A DNA stretch of 64,000 nucleotides from Myxococcales bacterium (GTDB lineage: Bacteria > Myxococcota > Myxococcia > Myxococcales > UBA5297): positions 275,272 through 339,271 of the forward strand of contig JASGHK010000008.1 of assembly GCA_049841135.1 (NCBI GenBank). The letters are read 5' to 3'. Under the pieces are notes generated by a model that saw nothing but the letters and a program-made list of their open reading frames with translations, searched no databases and was not told the DNA's origin. Below are positions 20,663 to 34,182 of this stretch, piece after piece. Position 1 is the first letter of the stretch, and every line of letters begins with the position of its first letter. The position numbers were made by a program, and so were the translations under genes.

Positions 20663-21517
20663 ATGATCCGCCTCGCCCTCTTCGCGTCCCTCATCGCCGC
20701 AGCCGCGCCCGCGCCCAAGTCCGGTCCGGCGCCGGACCGCCTCCGCGCCGAGCGGCTGGCCAGGGGCCTGGAGCAGCAGAGGCAGCGCATCGAGGCGGTC
20801 CGCGCTCACCCGGAGTCCTTCAACCTGCGCACCGAGAGCCCGGGCCTGCATTACCTCTTCGACGCGGTCGGCAACTGCGCGACCGAGGAGCGCCTGGGCG
20901 CCGTCACCGATGGCGGCAAGTGGGTCTGCGACGCCTACAAGCTCGCGGCGAAGAAGGACTGCGTGGTCTACGGCTTCGGCGCCGGCAACGACATCTCCTT
21001 CGAGGAGGCGATGGCGGGCCTGGGCTGCGAGGTGCACGTCTTCGACCCCAATCCCAAGTCGGTCGCGCGCTTCGCAGAGCTGGCGAAGGGCAAGAAGATC
21101 GGCGGCGGCAGCGTCACCTACCACGGCGTCGGCCTGGGGCCGGTGTCGCGCGAGGCAGGCCAGGCGATGGCGCTGGAGATCGGCGGGCAGAAGGTGGAGG
21201 TCCGCACGCTCGACGACGTCCTGAAGTCGCTGGGGCACGAGCACCTGGACCTGCTCAAGGTCGACATCGAAGGCAGCGAGTGGGCCTTCTTCGCGGACCT
21301 GTTCAAGAAGGACCTGCTCGCGAGGCTCGGCGTGAAGGTCCTGTTGGCCGAGCTGCACCTGGGCCCGAAGTGGGGCGCCGAGCCCAAGGACTTGATCGAC
21401 CTGGTCGACCGGCTCGCCTCGAAGGGCTTCGTGCTCTACCGCAAGGAGTTCAACCCCTGGTCCGCCGGGTGCTGCAGCGAGTACGCCTTCGCGCGCAGGG
21501 ACTTCCTGCTGGAGTAG
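20663..21517 (+). CDS. FkbM-family methyltransferase
   Basis: VVYGFGAGNDISFEE...VHVFDPNP...LDLLKVDIEGSEW, typical of the FkbM methyltransferase family. Confidence 0.7.
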   Translation: MIRLALFASLIAAAAPAPKSGPAPDRLRAERLARGLEQQRQRIEAVRAHPESFNLRTESPGLHYLFDAVGNCATEERLGAVTDGGKWVCDAYKLAAKKDCVVYGFGAGNDISFEEAMAGLGCEVHVFDPNPKSVARFAELAKGKKIGGGSVTYHGVGLGPVSREAGQAMALEIGGQKVEVRTLDDVLKSLGHEHLDLLKVDIEGSEWAFFADLFKKDLLARLGVKVLLAELHLGPKWGAEPKDLIDLVDRLASKGFVLYRKEFNPWSAGCCSEYAFARRDFLLE

Positions 21518-21610
21518 CCCTTCGTTGGCATGCGCCGCTCTGCGAGAGAGTAGCGTCCTCGAGACTGCCGTGGCCTACTGCCAGCCAAACTCACCTGTGA
21601 AGAGGAAACC

Positions 21611-22774
21611 ATGCGAAGACTTCTCGGCCTTGCCCTCGCACTGACGCTCGGCGCCTGTGGAACGCCTCCCTCCGGAACGACCGACACCGGGAGCGTCGTG
21701 GGGGAGCCCGACGCAACCACGACTCCAGCCGACGCCGCGATTCTCCAGCTGGACTCCGGCAGCCCGACCGTGGACTCCGGTGGCGTGGATTCCGGCGTGG
21801 CAGAGACGCCCGATGCCCACGCTGAGCCGCTCGACGCAGGGACCGCGCAGCTGGCCGACTCGGGCGTGGCGGAGCCAGCGGACGCCAGCACCGTCCCCTC
21901 CCCTGACGCAGGGACCTCGACGGCCTGGGAGCAGGTGCCCAGCAACGCCACGGAGTGGCTCACTGGCATCTGGGGCTTCGGCCCCAGCGACATCTGGGCG
22001 GTGGGCATCAAGTCGACGACGGCGGCGCGGGCCGTGCTGCTGCACTGGGACGGGACGAGCTGGACCAACGCCAGCTACGCGACCCCCGTCAGCCTGCTGG
22101 AGGTCTGGGGTTCGTCGACCAACGACGTCTGGGCCGGCGGCATGACCTCCACGCTGCTCCACTACGGCAACTCGACCTGGACCGCCGCGACCGCGGGTCC
22201 CACCTTCTCCACCTACGGCCTCTGGGGCTTCGGCGCGAACGACGTGTGGGCCGTCGGCACCGGCGGCGGCGTCAGCCACTACACCGGCACCTGGTCGGAC
22301 GTCTCCGGCACCGACTCCGGCAACTGGCTGTGGGGCGTCTGGGGCGCAGCTTCCAATGACGTTTGGATCGCCGGCCACGAGGGCTCGGGGGCGTCCGCCA
22401 AGCTCTATCGCTGGAACGGAACCGAGCTCGCCGCCGTCACCCCGCCGACGGGCGCCAAGGGCCTCTGGGGCGTGCACGGCACCTCCGCCAACGACGTGTG
22501 GGCCTGCGGCAAGGAGGGCACCCTGCTCCACTACGACGGGAGCGCCTGGTCGTCCGTGCCCAGCGGCGTCACCACCGAGACCATCCACGCCGTCTTCGCC
22601 CTCGCGCCCAACGACGCCTGGGCCGTGGGGCAGACCGGGCTCGCGCTGCACTGGGACGGGACGACGTGGCAGAAGGACAGCCCGCCGACCACCGCCAACC
22701 TCTGGGGCGTCTGGGCGACCGGCGGCACGACCTGGGTCGTCGGCCGCGACGGGCTGATCTTCCGGCACCGGTAG
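21611..22774 (+). CDS. Lipoprotein with WGfGp-DvWAVG / HYDG beta-propeller-like repeats (paralog of the 10058..12727 repeat region)
   Basis: Lipobox LTLGACG, an acidic Ser/Thr/Asp linker, then about 8 repeats of the same type as in 10058..12727. Confidence 0.7.
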   Translation: MRRLLGLALALTLGACGTPPSGTTDTGSVVGEPDATTTPADAAILQLDSGSPTVDSGGVDSGVAETPDAHAEPLDAGTAQLADSGVAEPADASTVPSPDAGTSTAWEQVPSNATEWLTGIWGFGPSDIWAVGIKSTTAARAVLLHWDGTSWTNASYATPVSLLEVWGSSTNDVWAGGMTSTLLHYGNSTWTAATAGPTFSTYGLWGFGANDVWAVGTGGGVSHYTGTWSDVSGTDSGNWLWGVWGAASNDVWIAGHEGSGASAKLYRWNGTELAAVTPPTGAKGLWGVHGTSANDVWACGKEGTLLHYDGSAWSSVPSGVTTETIHAVFALAPNDAWAVGQTGLALHWDGTTWQKDSPPTTANLWGVWATGGTTWVVGRDGLIFRHR

Positions 22775-22893
22775 GCGGCGACCGGTCCAGCCACCTCGCG
22801 TCTTCACCTCCTCGCCCGGGCAGGCCGGGCAGGGCGGGGGGGCGACCCGCGCGCCTTCCGGGCGCGCGGCCACCTCGACAATAATGGCGGCGC

Positions 22894-25457
<2,564 letters not shown>

Positions 25458-25517
25458 GCGCGGATTGCGGTCCTCCTTCTGACCGACCGCCCGGCCTCGC
25501 TCAGCCGTAGCGAAGGA

Positions 25518-26773
25518 TTACTTCAGCGCCCGCTCCACCTCGGCCACCGTCGGGTCGATCTCGACCAACTGCTCCTTGGGCACGTGCTTGGTGACGACCT
25601 CCGGGTCCTTGAGCACGTTTCCAGTCAGGATGCAGACCACCGACTCTCCGGGCTTGATGACGCCCTCGCCGCGCAGCTTGCGCGCGCCCGCCAACGAGCA
25701 GGCCGAGGCCGGCTCGCAGCCGATGCCGCTGCGGTCGATCTCCCGCTTGGCGACGAGCAGCTCCTCGTCGGTCACCTCGGAGACGACGCCGTTGGCGAAC
25801 TCGATGGCCGCCCGCGCCCGCTCCCAGCTCACCGGGTCGCCGATGCGGATGGCGCTGGCCACCGTCTCCGCTTGCACCTTGTGCCGCGTCTTGAACTGCT
25901 CCAGGTAGCCGCGGAAGAAGGGGTTCGCGCCATGCGCCTGGATGGCCGCCAGCCGCGGAACCTTGCTGATCCACCCGGCCGCCTTCGCCTCGCGCAGCGC
26001 CTTGCCGAAGGCGCTGGTATTGCCGAGGTTCCCGGCCGGGAAGGCGATCCAGTCCGGCGGCTGCCAGCCCAGATCCTGGAGGATCTCCCAGACGATGGTC
26101 TTCTGGCCCTCGATGCGGAACGGGTTGATGGAGTTGACGAGGTAAATGCCCAGCGCGGCGCTCGCCTTCTGCACCAGGTCCATTGCCGCGTCGAAGTCAC
26201 CACGCACCTGCAGGGTCAGCGCGCCGTAGGCCAGGGTCTGCGCGAGCTTGCCCACCGCGACCTTACCCGCCGGCACGAACACCACCGCCTTGAGACCCGC
26301 CTGCCCGGCGTACGCCGCCAGCGACGCACTGGTGTTGCCGGTGGACGCGCAGGCGACGGCCTTGCTTCCCAGCCGCTTCGCCTGCGTCATGGCCACGGTC
26401 ATCCCGCGGTCCTTGAAGGAGCCCGTCGGGTTCTCGCCCTCGTGCTTGAAGTGCAGCTGGTCGATCCCCGCCCAATCGCAGAGCGCGCGCCGCTGGTAGA
26501 GCCGGGTGCCGCCCTCGGGATGCGTCACCACCTCGTCCGGCCGCGCGTCGAGCACGCCCTCGCGGAAGCGCCAGACGCCGCTGGCATCGAGGCCGCTGCG
26601 AACGGAGAGCCGCGCATCGAAGACCTTCGGCCCGAGAGAGGCGCCCCACCCCTCCGGCCGCTCGCAGCCCAAGAGGCCGCCGCAGTCGCACTGGTACCGG
26701 ATCTCCGCGAGCGGGAACTTGGCGTGGCAGCGGATGCACTCGAGCCAGGCGCTTTGCTGCTGGGCGGCGGTCA
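25518..26773 (-). CDS. thrC: Threonine synthase
   Basis: PLP-enzyme motifs ENPTGSFKDRG and CASTGNTSASLAAY, about 418 aa. The start ATG overlaps the thrB stop. Confidence 0.85.
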
Positions 26774-27707
26774 TGCGGGTCGTGCTCCTGAACGGGAGAT
26801 GGCTCCCACGTGCGCGGTGCTGGCGATCTCGGCGAAGGCCTTCTGCATCCCGGCGGCGCAGGCCTGCGCGACGGAACGGGTCTCGGCGAGGGCGAAGACG
26901 GTGGGGCCCGAGCCGGAGATGGTGCAACCGAGCGCGCCGGCCGCCAGTGCCGCGGCCTTGACGTCGGCGAAGTGAGGGATCAGGGCGGCGCGCCGCGGCT
27001 CGGCATAGCGGTCGTCGAGCGCGCGCCGGACGAGCGCGGCGTCCGAGGACGCGAATGCCCAGGCGAGCGAGGTGGTGTTGGCCATCTGCTGGACCCACTC
27101 GGCCTGCTCCCAGGCCTTGGGCAGCAGGGCCCGCGCCGCCTTGGTCTCCACGCGGACCGCCGGCGTCACCAGCGCCAGGTACCAGTCGGCAGGCACGGGG
27201 ATCTTCACGACGTCCTGCGGGTCCACCGACCGGACGATGGTCAGCCCGCCGAGCACGCAGGGCGCGATGTTGTCGAGGTGCCGGCCAGCCACCGCGGCCT
27301 CTCCCGCCAATGCCGCCTCGATGAGGACGTTCGGCTCGGGGGACTTGCCCGTCGCGGCCAAGTGGGCCGCCAGCGCCCCAGCCACCGAGCTCGCAGCGCT
27401 CCCGCCCAGGCCACCGGCGAGCGGCAGCCCCTTGTCGACCCACATGTGGAAGCGCTGGGAGACCGCGAGCTTGCCGAGCATGGCGCGCGCGGCGATGGCG
27501 GCAGCGTTCTTGCCGGCCTCCCGCGGCACCGAGCTCGGCGTCGCGCCCGGTGATCCCGTCCACCCGGTCCACTCCGTCGACTGCGTCCACCGCATCCACC
27601 AACTCCACCGTCACCCGGTCCCCGAGCCCCTCCACCGCGAGCCCGAGCACGTCGAACCCCGGGCCGACGTTCCCGATGCTGGCCGGTGCGAACGCCGTCG
27701 CCTTCAT
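26770..27707 (-). CDS. thrB: Homoserine kinase (frameshift near 27530)
   Basis: N-terminus MKATAFAPASIGNVGPGFDVLG (GHMP kinase start) lies in the ORF 25518..27707 frame. The rest, PLAGGLGGSAASSVAGALA...GSGPTVFAL, is in ORF 26771..27595. The junction is at gccGAGCTCggtgccg. Confidence 0.75.
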
Positions 27708-30270
27708 CGCGAGCCCACCCGGAGCGCCGTCGAAGGGCCCGCCTGCGCCGCCGTCGCGATCGCCAGGATGTCGTTGAGCACGCCGGCGGCCGTCACCTCC
27801 GCGCCCGCGCCCGGCCCGGTCACCACCAGCGGGTTGGCCTTGTAGCGGTCGGTGTAGAGCACCACCTGGTTGTCGGGCCCCTTGAGCCGGCCGGTGGGCG
27901 ACGCTTCGCTGACCGCCTCCAGCCCGACCCTGAGCCCGGACTTCTCGATGCGCGCCACGTAGCGCAGCACCTTCTTCTGGCGCTTGTTCTCGGCGACCTT
28001 CTGCGCGAACTCGGCGTCGAGCTCGCCGACGCGCGCGAGGAACTCGGCCGCCGACAGCTTGGCCATCGACGCCGGGAAGAGCGGCTCCACCGCGACGTCC
28101 GCGAGCTCCGCCTTCATCCCGATGGTGCGCGCCAGGATGAGCGCCTTGCGCGCCACGTCCATGCCCGACAGGTCGTCCTTGGGGTCGGGCTCGGTGTAGC
28201 CCAGCTGGTGCGCGGTGCGGACCGCCTCGGAGAACGCGACGCCCTCGTCGAGCTGGGTCATCAGGTAGCCCAGCGTGCCGGAGAGCGCGCCGACCACCGT
28301 GTGGATGCGGTCGCCGGCCTCCTGCAGCTTCTTGAGCGTGTCGAGCACCGGCAGCCCGGCGCCGACGGTCGCCTCGTAGCGCAGCGACAGCCCGCGCTCC
28401 CTGGCGATCTGGAAGAGCGCCTCGAACTCCTTCTGCGGCGCGACGAGCGGCTTCTTGTTGGCGAGCACCACGTGGAAGCCGCGCTCCAGCGCCTGCCGGA
28501 CGATCGCCGCGTCGTCGACGGCGGTGACGTCCACGAAGACCGGGTTGGGCAGCGGCAGCGCGCCCAGGCTCTTCACCATCTCCGGCCCGCGCTTCTTCAG
28601 GTCGCTCTCCGCGAGGTCAGCCATCTTCTTCTTGCCGACCAGCGGGCGCCCCGACTCCTTGCGCTCCAGCAGCGCCTCCAGGGCCTCGCGCGAGAAGCCC
28701 TTCTCCTCGGCAACGAAGCCCGAGCGGTCGCAGGCGGCGACGACGCCGACGTTCAGGCCCAGGTCGTGGCGGAAGTACGTCTCCTGGTGGATGAGCTGGC
28801 GCGCCAGCGCCCGGCCGATCTGCCCGGCGCCGAAGAGGACCACCGAGGCGCCGCGGCCGTGCGTCTCGGCCAGCGGGCGCTGCTTGTCGAGCTGGAACTC
28901 GGCGTGGAGCGCCTTGAGCGCCCGCGCCGCGTCCGGCTCCTTGACCGCGAACGTGATGTTCAGCTCGGAGGAGCCCTGGGCGATGGCCCGGATGTTGACC
29001 TTGTCGCGCGCGAGCGGGGCGGTGGTGCGCGAGGCGATGCCGGGCTTGCCGGCCATGCCCAGGCCGACCACGGCGATGAGGGACACCGGCCGCTCGACCT
29101 TCACCGCGTCGATGAACTTGCCCTCGATCTCTGCGGCGAACGCCTTGTTGAGCGCGCGCACCGCGTCGTCGGCCTCGGCGGCGGGGACCACGAAGCAGAT
29201 GGAGGCCTCGCTCGACGCCTGGCTGATCATCGAGACCGAGTGCCCGGCCTGCGAGAGGGCCCCGAAGGTGCGCGCGGCGATGCCCGGCACCCCGAGCATC
29301 CCCTTGCCTTCGACCGAGATGAGCGCCTGCGCGTGGATGGCGGTGAGCGCCTTGACCGGGTAGTCGCCGGCGCCGACGTCGCCGGCGATGCGCGTGCCGG
29401 AGAACGAGGGGTTGAAGCTGTTGCGCAGGAACAGCGGGATCTTGCGGTCGATGAGCGGCACCATCGTGCGCGGGTGGAGCACCTTGGCGCCGTAGTAGGC
29501 CAGCTCCGCCGCCTCGCGGTAGTGCAGCTCGGGCAGGACGCGGGCGTCGGCCACCGCCTTGGGGTCGGCGGTCATCAGGCCGTCGACCTCCTTCCACAGC
29601 GTCACCTTCTGCGCGCCCAGGCTGCGCGCGAGCAGCGAGGCCGAGAAGTCCGAGCCGCCGCGGCCGAGCGTCACCACCTGCCCGTCGGGGCCGGTGGCGA
29701 TGAAGCCCGGGACGATGACGACCTTGCCGGCCTTGAGCAGCGGCATCAGGCGCTTGCGCGCCTCCTTCTCGCAGCGGCCCAGGTCGGGCCAGAGGCTGTC
29801 GAGGGTGCGCTCGGTGAAGAGGATCTCGGTCGCGTCGACGTAGGCGGCCGACACGCCCCGCTCGACCAGGAACTCGGAGAAGACCCGCGCGACTACGCGC
29901 TCGCCGCGGGCGGCGACGGCGTCGAGCGTGCGCGGGGTCAGCTCGCGCAGGACGCGGATGCTCTCGCAGATGGCCGCCAGCTCGCCGGCCGACTCCTCGA
30001 CCACCGCCTCGAGCGCCGCGCGAGCGCCGCGCCGCGGGACCAGCTCGGCGATGAGGGAGAGGTGCTTGCCGCGGAAGGCGTCGACGGCGGCCTTCACCGC
30101 CTCCGAATCGCCCTTGAGCGCGCTGCGTGCGGCGCCAAGGAGCAGGTCGGTCACGCCGCTCATCGCGGAGACCACCGCCACCGGGCGGGGACGCGCCTCC
30201 TGGATACGAGCGAAGGCCAGGCGCAGGGCCTCCGCAGAGCCCATCGAGGTACCACCGAACTTGAAGATCT
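27704..30270 (-). CDS. thrA: Bifunctional aspartokinase / homoserine dehydrogenase
   Basis: VNLQIFKFGGTSMG aspartokinase start (GTG chosen). ACT-domain region. Homoserine dehydrogenase motifs VVLFGAGQIGRALARQL and TEPDPKDDLSGMDVARKALILAR. About 855 aa, collinear with E. coli ThrA. Confidence 0.85.
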
Positions 30271-30355
30271 GTAGGTTCACGGTGCCCGGGAGTATAGCGT
30301 CGGCGTCCGCTTTAGACGCTTGGACAGCAATCGCCGACGCGGGGATGATCCCCCC

Positions 30356-31711
30356 ATGTCGCTCGGCGATGCCCTGGGGTTCCTCCTCATCTTCGGCATC
30401 CCCGTCGTCTGGGGTCTGCGCACGTGGTACCTGCAGAAGCGGCGCGACGAGGCCCAGCTCGCCAAGGACGACCCGGTTCCCGACGCCCACGGCATCGTCG
30501 GGAGCGACGGCGCGGAGCACGACACCTACCGCTGCGGCTTCGACTGGAAGGCGCTGGGGGGCGAGCTGGGCTTGAAGCATGTGCCGCCGGGCGGCGGGTC
30601 GGGCGGCCACCTGCTGCTCGGGTCGACGGGCTCTCTCAAGGTCAGCATCTCGGAGCTCGCGCTGACCGACGGCCCCGACCGCGACGAGTCCGCGGGCGTC
30701 GCCATCGAAGTGGACAGCAAGGGGCGCATCCCCGCCGGGGTCGCGCTGCGGGCCGAGGAGCGCCTGGACGTCGTGCGCAAGACCGTCCAGGGAGAGGACC
30801 TGCTCGTGGGCGACGAGGAGTTCGACTCGCAGGCGCACGTGCAAGGGCCCGAGGACGCGGTGCTGGCGGCGCTGCGCGAGCCGGCCCGACGGGCGCTGCT
30901 GCCGCTCTTGACCGGCCACCGCGCCACGGTGACGGATGGGGTCCTTCGGGTGGAGCTGTGCGGCGACGTCGACGCCGAGATGGTCAAGCGGATGCTCGCG
31001 GGGATGTCGGCGACGGCGCAGGCGCTCTTCGTCCCGTCGGTGCCGGACGCGCTGGCCGAGGGCGCCCAGGCGGATTCCCACCCGGAGGTCCGGCTCAAGA
31101 GCCTGGAGGCGTTGCTGCGGTCCTGGCGCGAGCACGAAGCCGCCAAGCGCGCCGGCCTCGCGGCGATCATCGACGCCAACCCGCGGGCGCGACTGGCTGC
31201 GGCGCGGCTGCTCGCGGACGAGCAAGCGGCCCTGGCGCTCAAGGCGCTGGCGGACGACGGCGCGGTGCCCGCGGAGGTCCGCATCGGCGCGCTGGAGACG
31301 CTGCTGGAGCTTCGGCCGGAATTCCTGGGGGAGTCGTTGCGCCGCTGGGCCTCCTCGGACGAGAGCCTCGCGGCGCCGGCGGCGCGGGCCCTGGGGACGA
31401 TCGGCGATGCAGGAGCGGAGCAGGTGCTCATCGCGCTGCTCGCGCACCCGGTCGCGGGCGCGAGAGCCGCGGCGGTGGAGTCGCTGGGGGTCGTCGGCAC
31501 CATCCGTGCGGTCGAGCCGCTCACGGCGCTGCTCTCGGACCGGGCGCACCGCGAGCATGCCCAGAGCGCGATCCGGCAGATCCAGTCCAAGCTGGGCGAC
31601 GTCGGCGCGGGGCGGCTCTCGGTGGTCGTGGAGCAAGGCGAGAGTGGGGCCTTGAGCCTGTCTGACCGCGACGAGTCAGCTCTGGATGCCCCAGAGCGCG
31701 TGAAGAGCTGA
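30356..31711 (+). CDS. Membrane-anchored HEAT / PBS-lyase-like repeat protein
   Basis: N-terminal TM segment LGFLLIFGIPVVWGL. The C-terminal half has repeated ...AR..AA.ALG.IGD..A...LIALL.. HEAT-like helices. Confidence 0.55.
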   Translation: MSLGDALGFLLIFGIPVVWGLRTWYLQKRRDEAQLAKDDPVPDAHGIVGSDGAEHDTYRCGFDWKALGGELGLKHVPPGGGSGGHLLLGSTGSLKVSISELALTDGPDRDESAGVAIEVDSKGRIPAGVALRAEERLDVVRKTVQGEDLLVGDEEFDSQAHVQGPEDAVLAALREPARRALLPLLTGHRATVTDGVLRVELCGDVDAEMVKRMLAGMSATAQALFVPSVPDALAEGAQADSHPEVRLKSLEALLRSWREHEAAKRAGLAAIIDANPRARLAAARLLADEQAALALKALADDGAVPAEVRIGALETLLELRPEFLGESLRRWASSDESLAAPAARALGTIGDAGAEQVLIALLAHPVAGARAAAVESLGVVGTIRAVEPLTALLSDRAHREHAQSAIRQIQSKLGDVGAGRLSVVVEQGESGALSLSDRDESALDAPERVKS

Positions 31712-31782
31712 CACTCCTCCCTGGAGTTCGACCCCTCCTGGCAGTATGACGTGCGCCCTTCTCCCGCCCCCCGGAGGACTCC

Positions 31783-33114
31783 ATGGACCTGCACCCGGAA
31801 CACGACCGCAAGGTGGCCGCCGTCGCCCAGGCGCTGCGCGAGCGCGCCGAACGCGGCGAGCCGGTCCACATCTCGAAAGGCGGGGTCCAGCACGTGGTCC
31901 CGCTGCCGGGCGATCGACGGCGGCTGGGTGCACCAATCGATGTCTCGGGCCTGAACCGGATCCTCTCCATCGATCCCAAGGCGCGCACCTGCGTCGCCGA
32001 GCCCGGCATCGCCTTCTCCGAGGTCCTCAAGGCCACGCTCGCCCACGGCCTCATCCCCACCGTCGTCCCCGAGCTCGAGGGGATCGCGCTGGGCGGCGCG
32101 GTCGCCGGCTGCTCGGTGGAGTCGATGTCCTACAAGTACGGCGGCTTCCACGACGGCTGCCTCGAGTACGAGATCGTGACCAGCGCCGGCGAGGTGCTGA
32201 CCTGCTCGCGCGAGAAGGAGCCGCTGGCCTTCGAGATGATCCACGGCTCGTACGGCACGCTCGGCGTCCTGACGCGGCTGACCTTCAAGCTGGTGCCAGC
32301 GACGCCCTACGTGCGCATGGAGTACCGCACGCTCCCCTCGCCCGAGGCCTTCCGCGACTTCATGTTCGAGCGCTGCCAGGCCGACGACTACGACTTCGTC
32401 GACGGCATCATCCACTCACCGGACCGCTGCGTGGCCTGCCTGGGCAAGTTCGTCGAGTCGGTGCCGTACACCTCCAGCTACCGGCGCGGCGCCATCTTCT
32501 ACAAGAGCACGCTCGCACGGACCGAGGACTTCCTCACCACCGATGAGTACTGCTTCCGCTATGACGCCGACTGCCACTGGTTGACGCGCTCCATCCCGCC
32601 GCTCGAGTGGGAGCCCGTGCGCAAGATGCTCGGCGGGGTCTTCCTGGGCTCGACCAACCTCATCCGCTGGTCCAAGCGGCTCGACCGGGTGCTGGGGCTC
32701 AAGAAGCGCCCGGACGTCGTCTGCGACGTCTTCATCCCCGGCTCGAACTTCCACGACTTCTTCTCCTGGTACCGCCGCACCTTCGACTACTGGCCGCTGT
32801 GGGTCGTGCCGTACCGGATGCCCCTCCAGCCGTACGCGTGGATGAGCGACGCCGTGCAGCAGAGCCTCGGCTCGGCCCTGGCCTTCGACTGCGCGGTGTA
32901 CGGCAAGGTCAACGCCGGCGAGGAGGATTTCTCGGCGCTGCTGGAGGAGAAGACCTTCGAGCTCGGCGGCATCAAGACGCTCATCGGCCGCAACCACTAC
33001 TCGCCCGAGCGCTTCTGGCGCGTCTACCACGAGAAGAACTACGGCCAGGCCAAGCAGCGCCTGGACCCTCGCGGCGCCTTCCCCGGGCTCTACGAGAAGT
33101 TCCACCGCGCGTGA
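31783..33114 (+). CDS. FAD-binding (PCMH-type) oxidoreductase
   Basis: FAD_binding_4-like N-terminus (VPLPGDRRRLGAPIDVSGLNRILSIDPKARTCVAEPGIAFSEV, GIALGGAVAGCS). 443 aa, Trp/Tyr-rich C-terminal substrate domain. Confidence 0.65.
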   Translation: MDLHPEHDRKVAAVAQALRERAERGEPVHISKGGVQHVVPLPGDRRRLGAPIDVSGLNRILSIDPKARTCVAEPGIAFSEVLKATLAHGLIPTVVPELEGIALGGAVAGCSVESMSYKYGGFHDGCLEYEIVTSAGEVLTCSREKEPLAFEMIHGSYGTLGVLTRLTFKLVPATPYVRMEYRTLPSPEAFRDFMFERCQADDYDFVDGIIHSPDRCVACLGKFVESVPYTSSYRRGAIFYKSTLARTEDFLTTDEYCFRYDADCHWLTRSIPPLEWEPVRKMLGGVFLGSTNLIRWSKRLDRVLGLKKRPDVVCDVFIPGSNFHDFFSWYRRTFDYWPLWVVPYRMPLQPYAWMSDAVQQSLGSALAFDCAVYGKVNAGEEDFSALLEEKTFELGGIKTLIGRNHYSPERFWRVYHEKNYGQAKQRLDPRGAFPGLYEKFHRA

Positions 33115-33159
33115 GCGGCGGAGAAGTTCGTATCGATATGAACTTCGCCCCGTTTGGGG

Positions 33160-33520
33160 CTGTGCGCGTTCGTCCTATCTAGCGGGGCCGAGTTCGAATC
33201 GGGGCCAGGTTCCGAATTCGAATCCAGTCGGGGCCAGGTTCCGAATCCGAATCCGGGAGGATCGCGCGACAGATCAATGATGCGGGCCTCTCTGAAGAGT
33301 CCCGTCATATCAAGCATTTGGAAAGAGGCCCTCCGAGAACCTCAAGAAGTACCAGGGGTTGGCGGAGGCCGGTTTCCGGGCCCGGGACCGGGACCGGGAT
33401 GCTTTGCCTCCTTCCCTTGATTTTCGAGTTTTAGTTCGGCCGCCCATTCGGATTCGGAACCTGGCCCCGAGCCGAGTCCCCTTGGATTCGGATTCGGAAC
33501 CTGGCCCCGAACTCGGCCCC
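33160..33520. repeat. Nested imperfect inverted-repeat element (MITE-like): arms built of tandem 25-bp units GGGGCCAGGTTCCGAATYCGAATCC, flanking an AT-richer ~190 bp core
   Basis: Left arm: gggccgagttcgaatcGGGGCCAGGTTCCGAATTCGAATCCagtcGGGGCCAGGTTCCGAATCCGAATCC at 33175-33244. Right arm: reverse-complement copies GGATTCGGATTCGGAACCTGGCCCC twice, plus gaactcggccc, at ~33436-33512. Confidence 0.7.
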
Positions 33521-33595
33521 CCCATCGAGGACAAGCGCTTCCAGACCTCCGCCACTACCAATCCCTATCGATTTTGTAGGCAATAGGCGTGGAGG

Positions 33596-34054
33596 TTGGC
33601 AATGACGGCTGAGTGCCCGGTGTCCTTCGAGACGGTCGATGAGCGTGCGGCGCGCGGTGTCGCGCTGGTCGTGATGGCGGCGACCGCGGTGTTCGTCGCG
33701 ACTCCGTTCAAGTGGATCGCAGCCCTCCTCGCCGCCGACTTCCTGGTCCGGGCCTTTGTCACGCCCAAGGTCAGCCCCCTCGCGGCCCTGGTGCGCTCGG
33801 TGCTCCGCACCTTGAAGGTGGCGCCCAAGCCGACCGACGCCGCGCCCAAGCGCTTCGCCGCCGGCCTGGGCCTGGTCTTCAGCCTGACGGCCCTCGTCCT
33901 CTGGCTCGGCGGCCTGACCACCAGCGCGGTGATCGTCGCCAGCATCCTCGCCGCCTGCGCCACGCTCGAAGGCGTCTTCGGCTTCTGCCTGGGCTGCTGG
34001 GTCTACACGCTGCTCAAGCCGCTGTTCGCGCGCGCCCAGCCTCAGTCCCGGTAG
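33596..34054 (+). CDS. DUF4395-like small integral membrane protein
   Basis: 152 aa with 3-4 TM segments. The pattern GFCLGCWVY near the C-terminus is typical of the DUF4395 family. Confidence 0.5.
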   Translation: MAMTAECPVSFETVDERAARGVALVVMAATAVFVATPFKWIAALLAADFLVRAFVTPKVSPLAALVRSVLRTLKVAPKPTDAAPKRFAAGLGLVFSLTALVLWLGGLTTSAVIVASILAACATLEGVFGFCLGCWVYTLLKPLFARAQPQSR

Positions 34055-34182
34055 AACCGGATTCGCGAGTTGAGCAGCTCGATGTTCGCCGGCTTGTCGA
34101 AGCGGAGCAGGAACTGGCGCGTCGCGGCGTTGCCGGTGTCGACCTGGAGTTCATCGTCACGAGTTCATTCTTCCATCGCGCG

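Noticed and set aside
33175-33250. GTTCGAATC-like strings resembling a tRNA T-loop
   Set aside because: No acceptor or anticodon arm context. The string is part of the tandem 25-bp repeat units, so it is not a tRNA gene.
33160-33520. Possible CRISPR array
   Set aside because: Only two direct units per side, a 4-bp spacer, the arms are inverted copies of each other, and no cas genes. It is not a CRISPR.
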